The notes under the pieces are model-generated. The model ran no database searches and was not told the origin of the DNA. It saw nothing but the letters and a program-made list of their open reading frames with translations. 37,576 nt of DNA from a candidate division WOR-3 bacterium (GTDB lineage: Bacteria > Hydrothermota > Tepidihabitantia > Tepidihabitantales > JAOUPE01): NCBI GenBank assembly GCA_039801565.1, contig JBDRUX010000009.1, positions 1 to 37,576 of the forward strand, read 5' to 3'. A program made the position numbers and the translations under genes. Of the stretch, positions 19,582 through 28,369 are shown piece after piece. The number at the start of each line of letters is the position of its first letter. Within the stretch, counting starts at the first letter, position 1.

Positions 19582-20604
19582 GTCTGAAACGTTGCCCTGA
19601 TGAAAAAGGGATTGCGACACAGCTAAGATTAGCTTCCGCCCAAGCCGGTTCATTCCGGCAACCTCTTTCGTCTGAAACGTTGCCCTGATGAAAAAGGGAT
19701 TGCGACTTAGCAATTGAATCGGGAATGGGATACTGAATTATTGCTTTGGTCTGAAACGTTGCCCTGATGAAAAAGGGATTGCGACTTCCGATTCTGATAT
19801 TGATATTGCTGGGGCTTGGTTAAGCGTCTGAAACGTTGCCCTGATGAAAAAGGGATTGCGACCCCGCCCACACGCACGCACGCATACCCCCCCACGAACC
19901 CGTCTGAAACGTTGCCCTGATGAAAAAGGGATTGCGACTTCTACTCCCAATAATGCTGTTTGTTCTGCTCCCATTTCTGCTCCCAAGTCTGAAACGTTGC
20001 CCTGATGAAAAAGGGATTGCGACTGAAGCTTATTCATTAAGGATTCAATGGCTTTTGATTTCCAAATCCCACGTCTGAAACGTTGCCCTGATGAAAAAGG
20101 GATTGCGACTAAGTTCATCCTCTGAATCTGATGCATCAGCCCTCTTACTCATCCCACCGTCTGAAACGTTGCCCTGATGAAAAAGGGATTGCGACATCTT
20201 TCTAATATCCTTTGCCACCTTACCGCTTTAGCGATAGCGTCTGAAACGTTGCCCTGATGAAAAAGGGATTGCGACCCACTTTGCCCAACTGATAGTTGTC
20301 CAACGCCCCCCAACTCTCAATGTCTGAAACGTTGCCCTGATGAAAAAGGGATTGCGACGCTTGTATTAATGCTATAACCAAAGCAGTTGCCAGTATTCCA
20401 TTGTCTGAAACGTTGCCCTGATGAAAAAGGGATTGCGACTTTTCAATTTGTCAAATCTATGATTTGTCAAGCAGCATCTTGGGGTGACGTCTGAAACGTT
20501 GCCCTGATGAAAAAGGGATTGCGACACCATCTGTAATTCAGTTGCAATAATCTCAACTTTCTTATTTGTCTGAAACGTTGCCCTGATGAAAAAGGGATTG
20601 CGAC
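19582..20604 (+). CRISPR. CRISPR array: 13 identical 37-bp repeats, 12 spacers of 39-51 bp
   Basis: Repeat GTCTGAAACGTTGCCCTGATGAAAAAGGGATTGCGAC starting at 19582, 19670, 19749, 19826, 19902, 19987, 20073, 20159, 20239, 20322, 20403, 20489, 20568; CCCT/AGGG stem followed by 8-nt tag ATTGCGAC. Confidence 0.99.
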
Positions 20605-20728
20605 TAAAGCCGCTGTCCGCCTTCCGCTACCCGCTATCCGCTTAAAAAAAAGGTTAAGACAATGTTGAGCAAATTGGTCACTAAGTTAAAATAGCGGGAA
20701 ACGGTGAGCGGAAAGCGGTAGGCGGTTT
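20605..20728. repeat. Inverted heptamer-repeat element (NNCCGCT / AGCGGNN arms)
   Basis: AAAGCCGCTGTCCGCCTTCCGCTACCCGCTATCCGCT ... AGCGGGAAACGGTGAGCGGAAAGCGGTAGGCGGTTT. Confidence 0.75.
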
Positions 20729-20750
20729 TTGCCCTGATAAAAAGGGATTG
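20729..20750 (+). CRISPR. Degenerate partial terminal CRISPR repeat
   Basis: TTGCCCTGATAAAAAGGGATTG = repeat core with one G deleted. Confidence 0.8.
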
Positions 20751-20838
20751 GTTGCAGAAATTCGGAATGAGAAATGCGGAACTCGGAAACAATCAGCTAA
20801 TTTTCGCATTCCGCATTCACACTTCCGCATTTGCAACC
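20750..20838. repeat. Second inverted heptamer-repeat element (AATGCGG / CCGCATT arms)
   Basis: GGTTGCA-GAAATTCGGAATGAGAAATGCGGAACTCGGAA ... TTCGCATTCCGCATTCACACTTCCGCATT-TGCAACC. Confidence 0.75.
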
Positions 20839-20999
20839 ATCTGGTTAAATAGACTCACTGCTTACTCCTCCCTGCTCACTGCCCGAGTTGTTGCGGTGTA
20901 ATTTATCACCCACCAAATTTTAAACTATATTGAATATTTTGAACTATTTCTTATTTTTTATCCTTAAAATCAGTGATCGGTCTTAGGGATAACTATAGA

Positions 21000-21203
21000 G
21001 GGTTGCTCCCTAAGTAGCCTACGGGGTAGCCCCCTAACCTGCTCCCCGGGTTGCTTCCCAAGTTGCCTACCGAGTCGCTTCCGAGGTCGCCTCCTAACCC
21101 GCTCCCCAACCTGCCTACCAACCAACCCCTGAAGCAACTCCCAAGGCAACTTAGAAAGCAACCTACGGGATAGCTCAGGGGACTGCCTACGGGGTCACCC
21201 CCT
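21000..21203. repeat. Degenerate 12-bp-period tandem array, about 17 units
   Basis: GGGTTGCTCCCT AAGTAGCCTACG GGGTAGCCCCCT AACCTGCTCCCC GGGTTGCTTCCC AAGTTGCCTACC ... Confidence 0.8.
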
Positions 21204-21643
21204 ATACCATACTCCCTCCCCAATGGAAAATTAGCGTAACCGACGGAAGACCAAGATGATAGACGAAAAAATCGGTCATTTTTGACGTTACTTTTAAGTA
21301 ACCTTTTTTGTGTTTGTTTTTATTAAAGAAATGGCAGAAAAGTCAATTTAAAACAACCGGAAGTTGCTGATCTGTTAGGATTAAAATCAAAATACGGACA
21401 AAGTTTTATAACTCGTTTAGAAAACGGACTCATCCGAAATCCAAGTTTACGAACAGTTCTTGACTATCTTCGAATCTGCGGTGCATCTTGGGTTGAATCT
21501 TTTAAAGAAGATGTAAAAATAATAAAGACACGGAAAGTTAATATCTCATAACTTCTTTTTCAAAAAGGGTGGCTTCGACAAATAAATTATCGCTTGACAT
21601 TTGAGAATTTCCCTACAAAATATAAAGCAAGAAAGGAGTGAAG

Positions 21644-21841
21644 ATGCCAAGAAAAAAGAGTGTCCAAAAAGCAAAAACTGAGAAAAAGATTACCGCTGAT
21701 GAGTTTATCGCCAGAGTCCGAATGAAAGCCTACGAACTTTATGAAAAACGGGGCTATGTCCACGGTAAGGATTTAGATGATTGGTTGGAAGCCGAACGCA
21801 TTGTTAAAAAAGAATTAGGAATCGAAGAGAAAGAATCCTAA
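21644..21841 (+). CDS. DUF2934-like small protein
   Basis: VRMKAYELYEKRGYVHGKDLDDWLEAERIV; RBS AAGGAG favours ATG 21644 over GTG 21638; promoter TTGACA(21594)-16-CAAAAT. Confidence 0.85.
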   Translation: MPRKKSVQKAKTEKKITADEFIARVRMKAYELYEKRGYVHGKDLDDWLEAERIVKKELGIEEKES

Positions 21842-21914
21842 AGATACATTTTGCGAATTTAGCAATTATCGCTTCTGATATTAGTTAACAAATAGGTTGC
21901 TGGAGTTTTAGTAA

Positions 21915-22565
21915 GTGAAAGAGCTTGCCAAACCAGAAGAACGAAAGAGTCTTCCGCCACCCGACTCGATTCTGGTAAAACGAGCGCAATTGGGCGATGA
22001 TAAAGCCTTTGCCGAATTGGTAAGACGCTATGAAAAGAAAGTATATAACATCTGTTATCGGATATTAGGTAATGTTGATGAGGCATCGGATGCCCTTCAG
22101 GATGCTTTTTTGCGCGCTTACCAGTTTTTAAAAAAATTTAAGGGCAAATCTTCTTTCTATACTTGGTTATACCGTATCGCTACCAATGTTTGTTTAACTC
22201 GTTTGCGGAAGCGGCGGTCTGCATCGGCTTTAACCATCACCGATACCGAGAGTGATGAATCATATCAAAGGCAACCGATTTTTGTATCCAGCGACTTAAT
22301 TGGCGATATTCCGGATGCTGCACAAAGCCCAGAGCGGCTGGTTCGCCAAAAACAATTACGAGAAGCCCTGAATCAAGCAGTTGCTGAACTGCCCGCCGAT
22401 TTTCGGACCGTCATCGTGCTGCGCGATTTTGAGGGTCTTTCCAATCGCGAAGTGAGTAAAGTCCTCAATTTATCGGTGCCGGCGGTAAAGTCTCGACTTC
22501 ATCGCGGAAGGCTGTTTTTACGCAACCGGCTCAGTCGGTATCTCAATAATTATGAGCAAATCTAA
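21915..22565 (+). CDS. ECF-family RNA polymerase sigma factor
   Basis: GDDKAFAELVRRY, DALQDAFLRAY, SFYTWLYRIATN, EGLSNREVSKVL, VKSRLHRGR. Confidence 0.93.
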   Translation: MKELAKPEERKSLPPPDSILVKRAQLGDDKAFAELVRRYEKKVYNICYRILGNVDEASDALQDAFLRAYQFLKKFKGKSSFYTWLYRIATNVCLTRLRKRRSASALTITDTESDESYQRQPIFVSSDLIGDIPDAAQSPERLVRQKQLREALNQAVAELPADFRTVIVLRDFEGLSNREVSKVLNLSVPAVKSRLHRGRLFLRNRLSRYLNNYEQI

Positions 22566-22848
22566 TCGCTATCCAAATAATAAAAATCTCCAAAAAGCGA
22601 GTGAGTGTCTTAAATTTATTAAGATACTGACGGAATTCATTGATTCGGATTTAACTGAAAATCAATTGATTGAAATCCGAAGTCATTTATCAAATTGCTT
22701 GCTTTGCACCAAGACTTACAAAGAATTTCGCTTCTTACTTCACCTTTGCCAAACCCAATTAGTTGAGGAGCCAAAAACTGTCTCTTTACAACTTTGGGAG
22801 GTATTAGAAAAGAGATTCCAAAGGAAAACTTATCGACATTTTAAATAA
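22552..22848 (+). CDS. zf-HC2 (ZAS) anti-sigma factor, soluble
   Basis: HLSNCLLC = HxxxCxxC; overlaps the ECF sigma 3' end; no hydrophobic TM segment. Confidence 0.8.
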   Translation: MSKSNRYPNNKNLQKASECLKFIKILTEFIDSDLTENQLIEIRSHLSNCLLCTKTYKEFRFLLHLCQTQLVEEPKTVSLQLWEVLEKRFQRKTYRHFK

Positions 22849-22870
22849 CATCGTCAAATCGACAAAATTT

Positions 22871-24025
22871 TTACCATTCTTTACGCACCACTAAGTCAAT
22901 TGACTCAATTACCAATGGATTAGAAAGACTTGCCAAATCGAGGTACCAATTTTGCCCGAAGTGGCATCCCAACCCAAAACTTTGGGAGCGCCACCAATAG
23001 ACAACGGTCTTGGCGGTTTGTTGAAAAGAATATTGATAATAATATTCCCCTTTAATGCCACCCCGTAAGATAACATTTTCGTTCAATTTATATTCCAGTC
23101 CTAACGGCAAAGCCAAGATATTGAACCAAGCGGTCGTCGGATTTTCTTCTTTGGTTTTCACGCCGCTCCAAAAGTCATTAACCCCAAAAGCAATGAGTAA
23201 AGATGGTGTAGGCTTTGTGGTGAAACTTACAGCAGTTCGGGTAGTAAAGGAGTTGGCAAAAAGTGACAGCCGCGCTGGCTTACCCAATTCATCCCGTCTG
23301 ACCGTATTCGGAAATGGTACCGGTAATCTTTTTAATTCAAAACCGGAAGCCGGACCACCTAAATCAATTAAAAAATTTAAGGCATTATCGGCACTTATCT
23401 CCCGCTCATAAGAGAGACCAACCTGAAGCGAAGGCACAAAGAAGTCGGTTTTAGCCGAAGGGATAAGTTGTCCCTCCTGGAACTGAAAATAGGTGGAATC
23501 ATAATAACCTAAACCGAGACGGGTCCGAAAATCGAAACCGGTCAAGTTTTTGGGTTGAATTCCCAAAGTAAGGCTATGAAAATTTAGATTTTGGTTGCAA
23601 CGGGCTAACGGGTAATCTACTGTCCAATCCTCAAGGAAAATATCGTATTGCAAACCAAAATTTGACCGCGACCAGAAACCAGAGAGGTTAAAGCGATAAA
23701 ATTGGTTTTTCGGTTGGTCAGGATTAGTATTTAGAAAAAAGTGCTCGCCATAATGCAAAGCCAAGCCAAATTGATTGTAAAAGATTGCAAAATTTAAAGG
23801 CATCTCCCAATAGTAATGATGCCCTTTATGAGAAATAACCAAGGCACGATAACCCAATAATTGGGTTGGATTACGAATTTCGATGTCGGTGGGTAAATCT
23901 TTGACGACGCCGGCAAAGTCATTACCTAATGCGGTAATTCGGGGTGAAACATCATAGTGGTAATCTAAACCCAATATTATTTTTAACCATATCAATAAAA
24001 CGATGCCAAATTTGGGCAGTTTCAT
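22871..24025 (-). CDS. Putative outer-membrane beta-barrel protein
   Basis: Signal peptide, amphipathic beta strands (LPLGLEYKL, ILRGG, SFGLGCHF), C-terminal Trp. Confidence 0.6.
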   Translation of the reverse strand: MKLPKFGIVLLIWLKIILGLDYHYDVSPRITALGNDFAGVVKDLPTDIEIRNPTQLLGYRALVISHKGHHYYWEMPLNFAIFYNQFGLALHYGEHFFLNTNPDQPKNQFYRFNLSGFWSRSNFGLQYDIFLEDWTVDYPLARCNQNLNFHSLTLGIQPKNLTGFDFRTRLGLGYYDSTYFQFQEGQLIPSAKTDFFVPSLQVGLSYEREISADNALNFLIDLGGPASGFELKRLPVPFPNTVRRDELGKPARLSLFANSFTTRTAVSFTTKPTPSLLIAFGVNDFWSGVKTKEENPTTAWFNILALPLGLEYKLNENVILRGGIKGEYYYQYSFQQTAKTVVYWWRSQSFGLGCHFGQNWYLDLASLSNPLVIESIDLVVRKEW

Positions 24026-24031
24026 TACTTG

Positions 24032-24111
24032 ATTATGACAAGAAAAAGTGCTCTGTCAAGGCAATTGTAACAAGAAGGATACATTGACGATAAAAGATTT
24101 TCCTCTAAAAT
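24032..24111. promoter_or_regulatory. Divergent promoter pair (outer-membrane protein gene / uvrB)
   Basis: Minus: TTGACA(24059-54)-16-CATAAT(24037-32); plus: TTGACG(24084-89)-16-TAAAAT(24106-11); each -10 is 6 nt from its ATG. Confidence 0.65.
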
Positions 24112-24117
24112 AATATT

Positions 24118-26157
24118 ATGTTTAAACTCGTTGCCCCTTTCCAACCAACTGGTGACCAACCCGAGGCGATTGCGGCATTAACTGAAGGGATTTTAAACAA
24201 TAAGAAGTATCAGACCTTATTAGGTGTTACCGGTTCTGGTAAGACCTTTACTATTGCTAATGTAATTGAACGGGTGCAAAAACCAACTATCGTTATCTGC
24301 CATAATAAGACCTTGGCCGCCCAACTTTTTGGTGAATTCAAACAATTTTTTCCGGAAAATGCGGTAGAATATTTTATCTCTTATTATGACTATTATCAAC
24401 CCGAAGCCTATGTGCCGGAAATGGATTTGTATATTGAGAAGGATGCCTCGATCAATGAAGAGATTGACCGTCTAAGGTTACGAGCCACTTCCAGCCTCAT
24501 CGAACGCCGCGATGTGATTATTATCGCTTCAGTCTCTTGTATCTATAACTTAGGTGAACCCTGGGAATATAAAGAGGCATTACTACCAATTGATATTGAA
24601 AAAGAGTTGGACCGTGATGAGTTGTTAGAGAAGTTAATCTACCTCCAGTATTCAAGAAACGATTTAGAACTACGTCGGTCCTGTTTCCGGGTCAGAGGCG
24701 ATGTGGTCGAAATTCATCCTTCGCATCGGGATTACGGAGTTCGGGTGGAATTTAGCGGTAATTCAGTAGCAAGAATTTCTATCTTTGACCTATTGACCGG
24801 CGATGTTACCGAAAGACGCGAGCGAATTGTTATCTATCCGGCAAAATATTTTATCACCAGCACCAGTCGAATCGAGAATGCCATCAAAAGTATCGAATTA
24901 GAACTGGCACAACGGTTAAGGGAATTTGAGGCGCAGGGTAAACTTCTTGAGGCACAACGGCTTAAAACTCGAACCCGGTTTGATATCGAGATGATAAAAG
25001 AGTTTGGTTATTGCCCAGGGATTGAGAATTATTCCCGGCACCTTTCCGGTCGTCCACCGGGTTCACGCCCCTATTGCTTGTTGGATTATTTCCCTTCCGA
25101 TTATTTGATGATAATTGATGAATCCCATGTCACAATTCCTCAGATTGAAGGGATGTATAATGGTGACCGGTCGCGGAAGGAAACTTTGGTCGAATACGGG
25201 TTTCGGTTGCCTTCTTGTTTAGATAATCGGCCTTTGCGATTTGATGAATTTGAGAAATTAATCAATCAAGTCATTTTCACTTCGGCAACACCAGGGGAAT
25301 TTGAATTGCGGCGGAGTGGTAAACCAGTAGAACAGATTGTCCGACCAACCGGTCTGGTTGACCCAAAGATGATTGTCCGACCAACTCAAGGCCAGATTGA
25401 TGACTTAATCAACGAGATAAAAAAACGAACCGAAAGGAAAGAACGAGTACTGGTGACAACTTTGACGAAACGAATGGCCGAAGATTTGGCAGAATATTTA
25501 GCCGAACTGGGAATCCGGGTTCGTTATCTTCATTCAGAAATTGACGCAATCGAGCGCGTGGAAATTCTAAGAGGATTACGCATTGGTGATTTTGATGTCC
25601 TGGTTGGCATTAATCTTTTACGCGAAGGTTTAGATTTACCCGAGGTCTCTTTGGTAGCAATCTTAGATGCTGACAAAGAAGGGTTTTTAAGAGACGAGCG
25701 GAGTATTATCCAGACCGCTGGCCGTGCGGCTCGTAATGTTCGGGGCGAAGTTATAATGTATGCCGATAATATTACAAAATCAATCAAAAACGCCTTAGCC
25801 GAAACCGAGCGGCGAAGACAGAAACAGTTAAAATATAACGAAGAACATCGCATCACACCCAAAAGTATTGAAAAATCAATCAGCCAAGTGCTAAAGACAA
25901 CCGTAGTGGCAGATGCTAAGAAATCGGAAGAGGTAATAGAGGAACTTGAGCCAGAAGATAAATTGGAACTGTGGGCAAAACTGCAAGAAGAGATGAAGCA
26001 AGCCGCAGCACTTTTGGAATTTGAGAAAGCAGCAAAGATTCGCGACCGGATTAAAAAGATTAAAGAAGAATTGCTGGAAACCGAAGTTTTCCCTTCTAAA
26101 ATCAAAGGCAAACGGCATCGGCTAAAAAATAACCCAAGACATAAATCTAAGCATTAA
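24118..26157 (+). CDS. uvrB: Excinuclease ABC subunit B
   Basis: [44 protein letters not shown]-terminal UVR domain. Confidence 0.98.
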   Translation: MFKLVAPFQPTGDQPEAIAALTEGILNNKKYQTLLGVTGSGKTFTIANVIERVQKPTIVICHNKTLAAQLFGEFKQFFPENAVEYFISYYDYYQPEAYVPEMDLYIEKDASINEEIDRLRLRATSSLIERRDVIIIASVSCIYNLGEPWEYKEALLPIDIEKELDRDELLEKLIYLQYSRNDLELRRSCFRVRGDVVEIHPSHRDYGVRVEFSGNSVARISIFDLLTGDVTERRERIVIYPAKYFITSTSRIENAIKSIELELAQRLREFEAQGKLLEAQRLKTRTRFDIEMIKEFGYCPGIENYSRHLSGRPPGSRPYCLLDYFPSDYLMIIDESHVTIPQIEGMYNGDRSRKETLVEYGFRLPSCLDNRPLRFDEFEKLINQVIFTSATPGEFELRRSGKPVEQIVRPTGLVDPKMIVRPTQGQIDDLINEIKKRTERKERVLVTTLTKRMAEDLAEYLAELGIRVRYLHSEIDAIERVEILRGLRIGDFDVLVGINLLREGLDLPEVSLVAILDADKEGFLRDERSIIQTAGRAARNVRGEVIMYADNITKSIKNALAETERRRQKQLKYNEEHRITPKSIEKSISQVLKTTVVADAKKSEEVIEELEPEDKLELWAKLQEEMKQAAALLEFEKAAKIRDRIKKIKEELLETEVFPSKIKGKRHRLKNNPRHKSKH

Positions 26158-26237
26158 CTCCAACGGGTTAATAATTGCCCCAATTGAAAATTGTTTTCTT
26201 GACTTCGGTGATAAAACTGATAAAATCTTATTTGGCT

Positions 26238-26310
26238 GGGGGTGTAGCTCAGTTGGGAGAGCATCTGCTTTGCAAGCAGAAGGTCGCCCGTTCGAATCGG
26301 GTCACCTCCA
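26238..26310 (+). tRNA. tRNA-Ala(TGC), CCA not encoded
   Basis: Cloverleaf: GGGGGTG/CACCTCC acceptor with G3:U70, TCTGC-TTTGCAA-GCAGA anticodon arm, TTCGAAT T loop; promoter TTGACT(26199)-16-TAAAAT. Confidence 0.97.
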
Positions 26311-26657
26311 TTTTAATTTTATAACGGATAAGACATTGAGTAAAAGAAGTATCAACGTTAATGTGATGCTGCTTATCTTCCGAACCAAAATTATTTTTCG
26401 AGCGTTCTCGGTGAAGAATAAAATGCTTGACAATGGTCATCAGAATAACTAAAATGTATCGAAAATAAATAATGATGCTGCAACCTAAAAGCGTTCGACA
26501 ACGCCCCCTAAATTCTTTCCGTCATATCTTTCCGATAAAGTTTAAAAGTCAACTTCAGGCTGAAATAAATGAACGAAGTCGGACGATATTTAATGACCGG
26601 GGATTGTTCTGCCCAAAGGCAGATTTATTTTATTAACAAATAAGAAAGGGAGGAAGA

Positions 26658-27149
26658 ATGTTTAACCAAAACCATCATTTAAAAGCCATCAAGTTGTTAG
26701 CGCTTGGTGTCGTCATCCTTGCCTTTGCTGGGTGTACACGGTACTGCTACTTTGGTTCGCCTTTTGCTCCGACTTATCCCAATATTAACCGGTTAATGTT
26801 CAGTCCCTATAATGTTCAGTACAAAGAATTTCCCGTACCTTATTATCCATCTGGTCTTTACCAAAGGGCGGCTGGTCTATTAGATGACCCGGAATTGGAT
26901 TTTGAAATTTTAGGTGAAGGTTATGGTCAATCGGTCGGACATGCTGTCTTACTGGGTGGTTTTTTATATCACCGTGAACCGACTATCTGGGAAGCGTATA
27001 ATCAGGCGATTCGCTCTTTAGGCGGCGATATTCTAATTGAAACCCACTCCGAATTCGTGACATCGAGCTTTTTGTCACCACTTATCTACACCAGAGGTGT
27101 TTATAAAATTTGGGGATTGGTAGCCAAGGTTAGCAAGAAAAAGGAATAA
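26658..27149 (+). CDS. Hypothetical lipoprotein
   Basis: Hydrophobic signal ending FAGC; RBS GGGAGG. Confidence 0.7.
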   Translation: MFNQNHHLKAIKLLALGVVILAFAGCTRYCYFGSPFAPTYPNINRLMFSPYNVQYKEFPVPYYPSGLYQRAAGLLDDPELDFEILGEGYGQSVGHAVLLGGFLYHREPTIWEAYNQAIRSLGGDILIETHSEFVTSSFLSPLIYTRGVYKIWGLVAKVSKKKE

Positions 27150-27223
27150 CGATTAGTTTTAAGCACTGACCACAGTTGTCAGTAATTGGCCGTTAGGATA
27201 AAAACTGATAAAGGAGGCGCATA

Positions 27224-28327
27224 ATGAAACGACAGGGTTGGTGGCTGGTAATACTAATAGTTTCGATTGGGATGGTTTGGGCGACTTCGTCCTTTCCCAA
27301 AAACCGCAAGCCTTGTTTGTGTGATGTAAACTTCACTCCTTATAAAGGAAAATATCCGGACTGTTATGTTGCTTATGCCAAGTATTCGGACCCGGATGGC
27401 GATATTCCAAGTAAGATTGCGATTTATGTTGACGGAGTTTGTTATCCATTGGGTTTGGTTCGAATCATCAAACGCCCTTATCCCGGGGTTGAGTCCTTTG
27501 AGGCTTTTTACCAAGCAGTTATTTCCTTACCGCCCGGTGAGCATCGTTATTATTTTTATGCTGAGGATGGTCGGGGTAAGTATGACCGTAATCCCCGCTA
27601 TGGGTCCATAAAATCACCTTTCGTTGGGGTTTTCCGTCAGTTTAATCGAGCTCCAACTTTACGAGAAGGGGGACTCCAGAAGGAAGAGGGCACCAATCGC
27701 GATAGTTATGTTTTCTCGGTCTGGTATTATGACCCAGAGTATTATGAAACGCCAAATCGGCCACCGAAAGAAGTAGCAGTCTTTGTTGACGGTATTAAAA
27801 TACCAATGAAACTTCATAAAGGAACACCTAATAACGGACTCTACTTAGTTTCTCACACTTTTACGGAAGACGCACTACGCGCTTATCAGTATGAAAATAA
27901 CGAAAAGGACACAAGGCGCCACGCCTACTTTTTCCGAGCGGTTGACGCCGATGGTTTTTGCACCTATCTGCCTGAAGATGGTTATATTCACGGACCAGAA
28001 GTCTCTTTAGCCCAGAATCTACCCCCGAAGCTTTTAGACCCTCGGGTCGAACCAGCTTTAGGAACCGAGAATATGACCTATACTTATTATGTGACCTATG
28101 AAGACCAAGATGATGACCCACCGGCTTATGTCAATTGTGTAATCAACGGCAATATCCACAAGATGAAACTTCTCACCGGACAAAAGCACAAAGGGATTTA
28201 TTATTTTAAGACTCGTCACTTTTATGGAACAAGGCATAGTTACTACTTCGAAGCAACCGATGGCAGAAAAGGAGTTGTCCGATTACCCGAAGTTGGTAAC
28301 TTTTACGGTCCGGCGGTAGTAAAGTGA
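27224..28327 (+). CDS. Secreted protein with three tandem beta-rich repeats of about 100 aa
   Basis: Signal peptide; repeated YxDxDxDxP...V(D/N)G...HxY(Y/F)FxAxD...P..G...(G/S)P; RBS AGGAGG. Confidence 0.75.
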   Translation: MKRQGWWLVILIVSIGMVWATSSFPKNRKPCLCDVNFTPYKGKYPDCYVAYAKYSDPDGDIPSKIAIYVDGVCYPLGLVRIIKRPYPGVESFEAFYQAVISLPPGEHRYYFYAEDGRGKYDRNPRYGSIKSPFVGVFRQFNRAPTLREGGLQKEEGTNRDSYVFSVWYYDPEYYETPNRPPKEVAVFVDGIKIPMKLHKGTPNNGLYLVSHTFTEDALRAYQYENNEKDTRRHAYFFRAVDADGFCTYLPEDGYIHGPEVSLAQNLPPKLLDPRVEPALGTENMTYTYYVTYEDQDDDPPAYVNCVINGNIHKMKLLTGQKHKGIYYFKTRHFYGTRHSYYFEATDGRKGVVRLPEVGNFYGPAVVK

Positions 28328-28369
28328 TAATTTGCTCCATTTTCTACACTTAATGTAAAGGGGGAGTTA

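Noticed and set aside
19489..20136. Three minus-strand ORFs with repeated peptides
   Set aside because: Translations of CRISPR repeats and spacers.
20970..21223. 63-aa and 76-aa low-complexity ORFs
   Set aside because: Explained by the 12-bp DNA periodicity; not called as CDS, though coding is not excluded.
24026..24117. LexA/SOS box upstream of uvrB
   Set aside because: No CTGT-N8-ACAG or GAAC-N4-GTTC palindrome found.
25530..26111. 193-aa antisense ORF in uvrB, and similar shadow ORFs in rpoD, mutS2, dnaK, gatAB and apgM
   Set aside because: Opposite-strand or alternate-frame shadows of conserved genes, with no independent evidence.
26238..26310. tRNA-Ala as an integration site, or part of an rRNA operon
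   Set aside because: No integrase, no duplicated tRNA 3' end and no rRNA sequence seen nearby.
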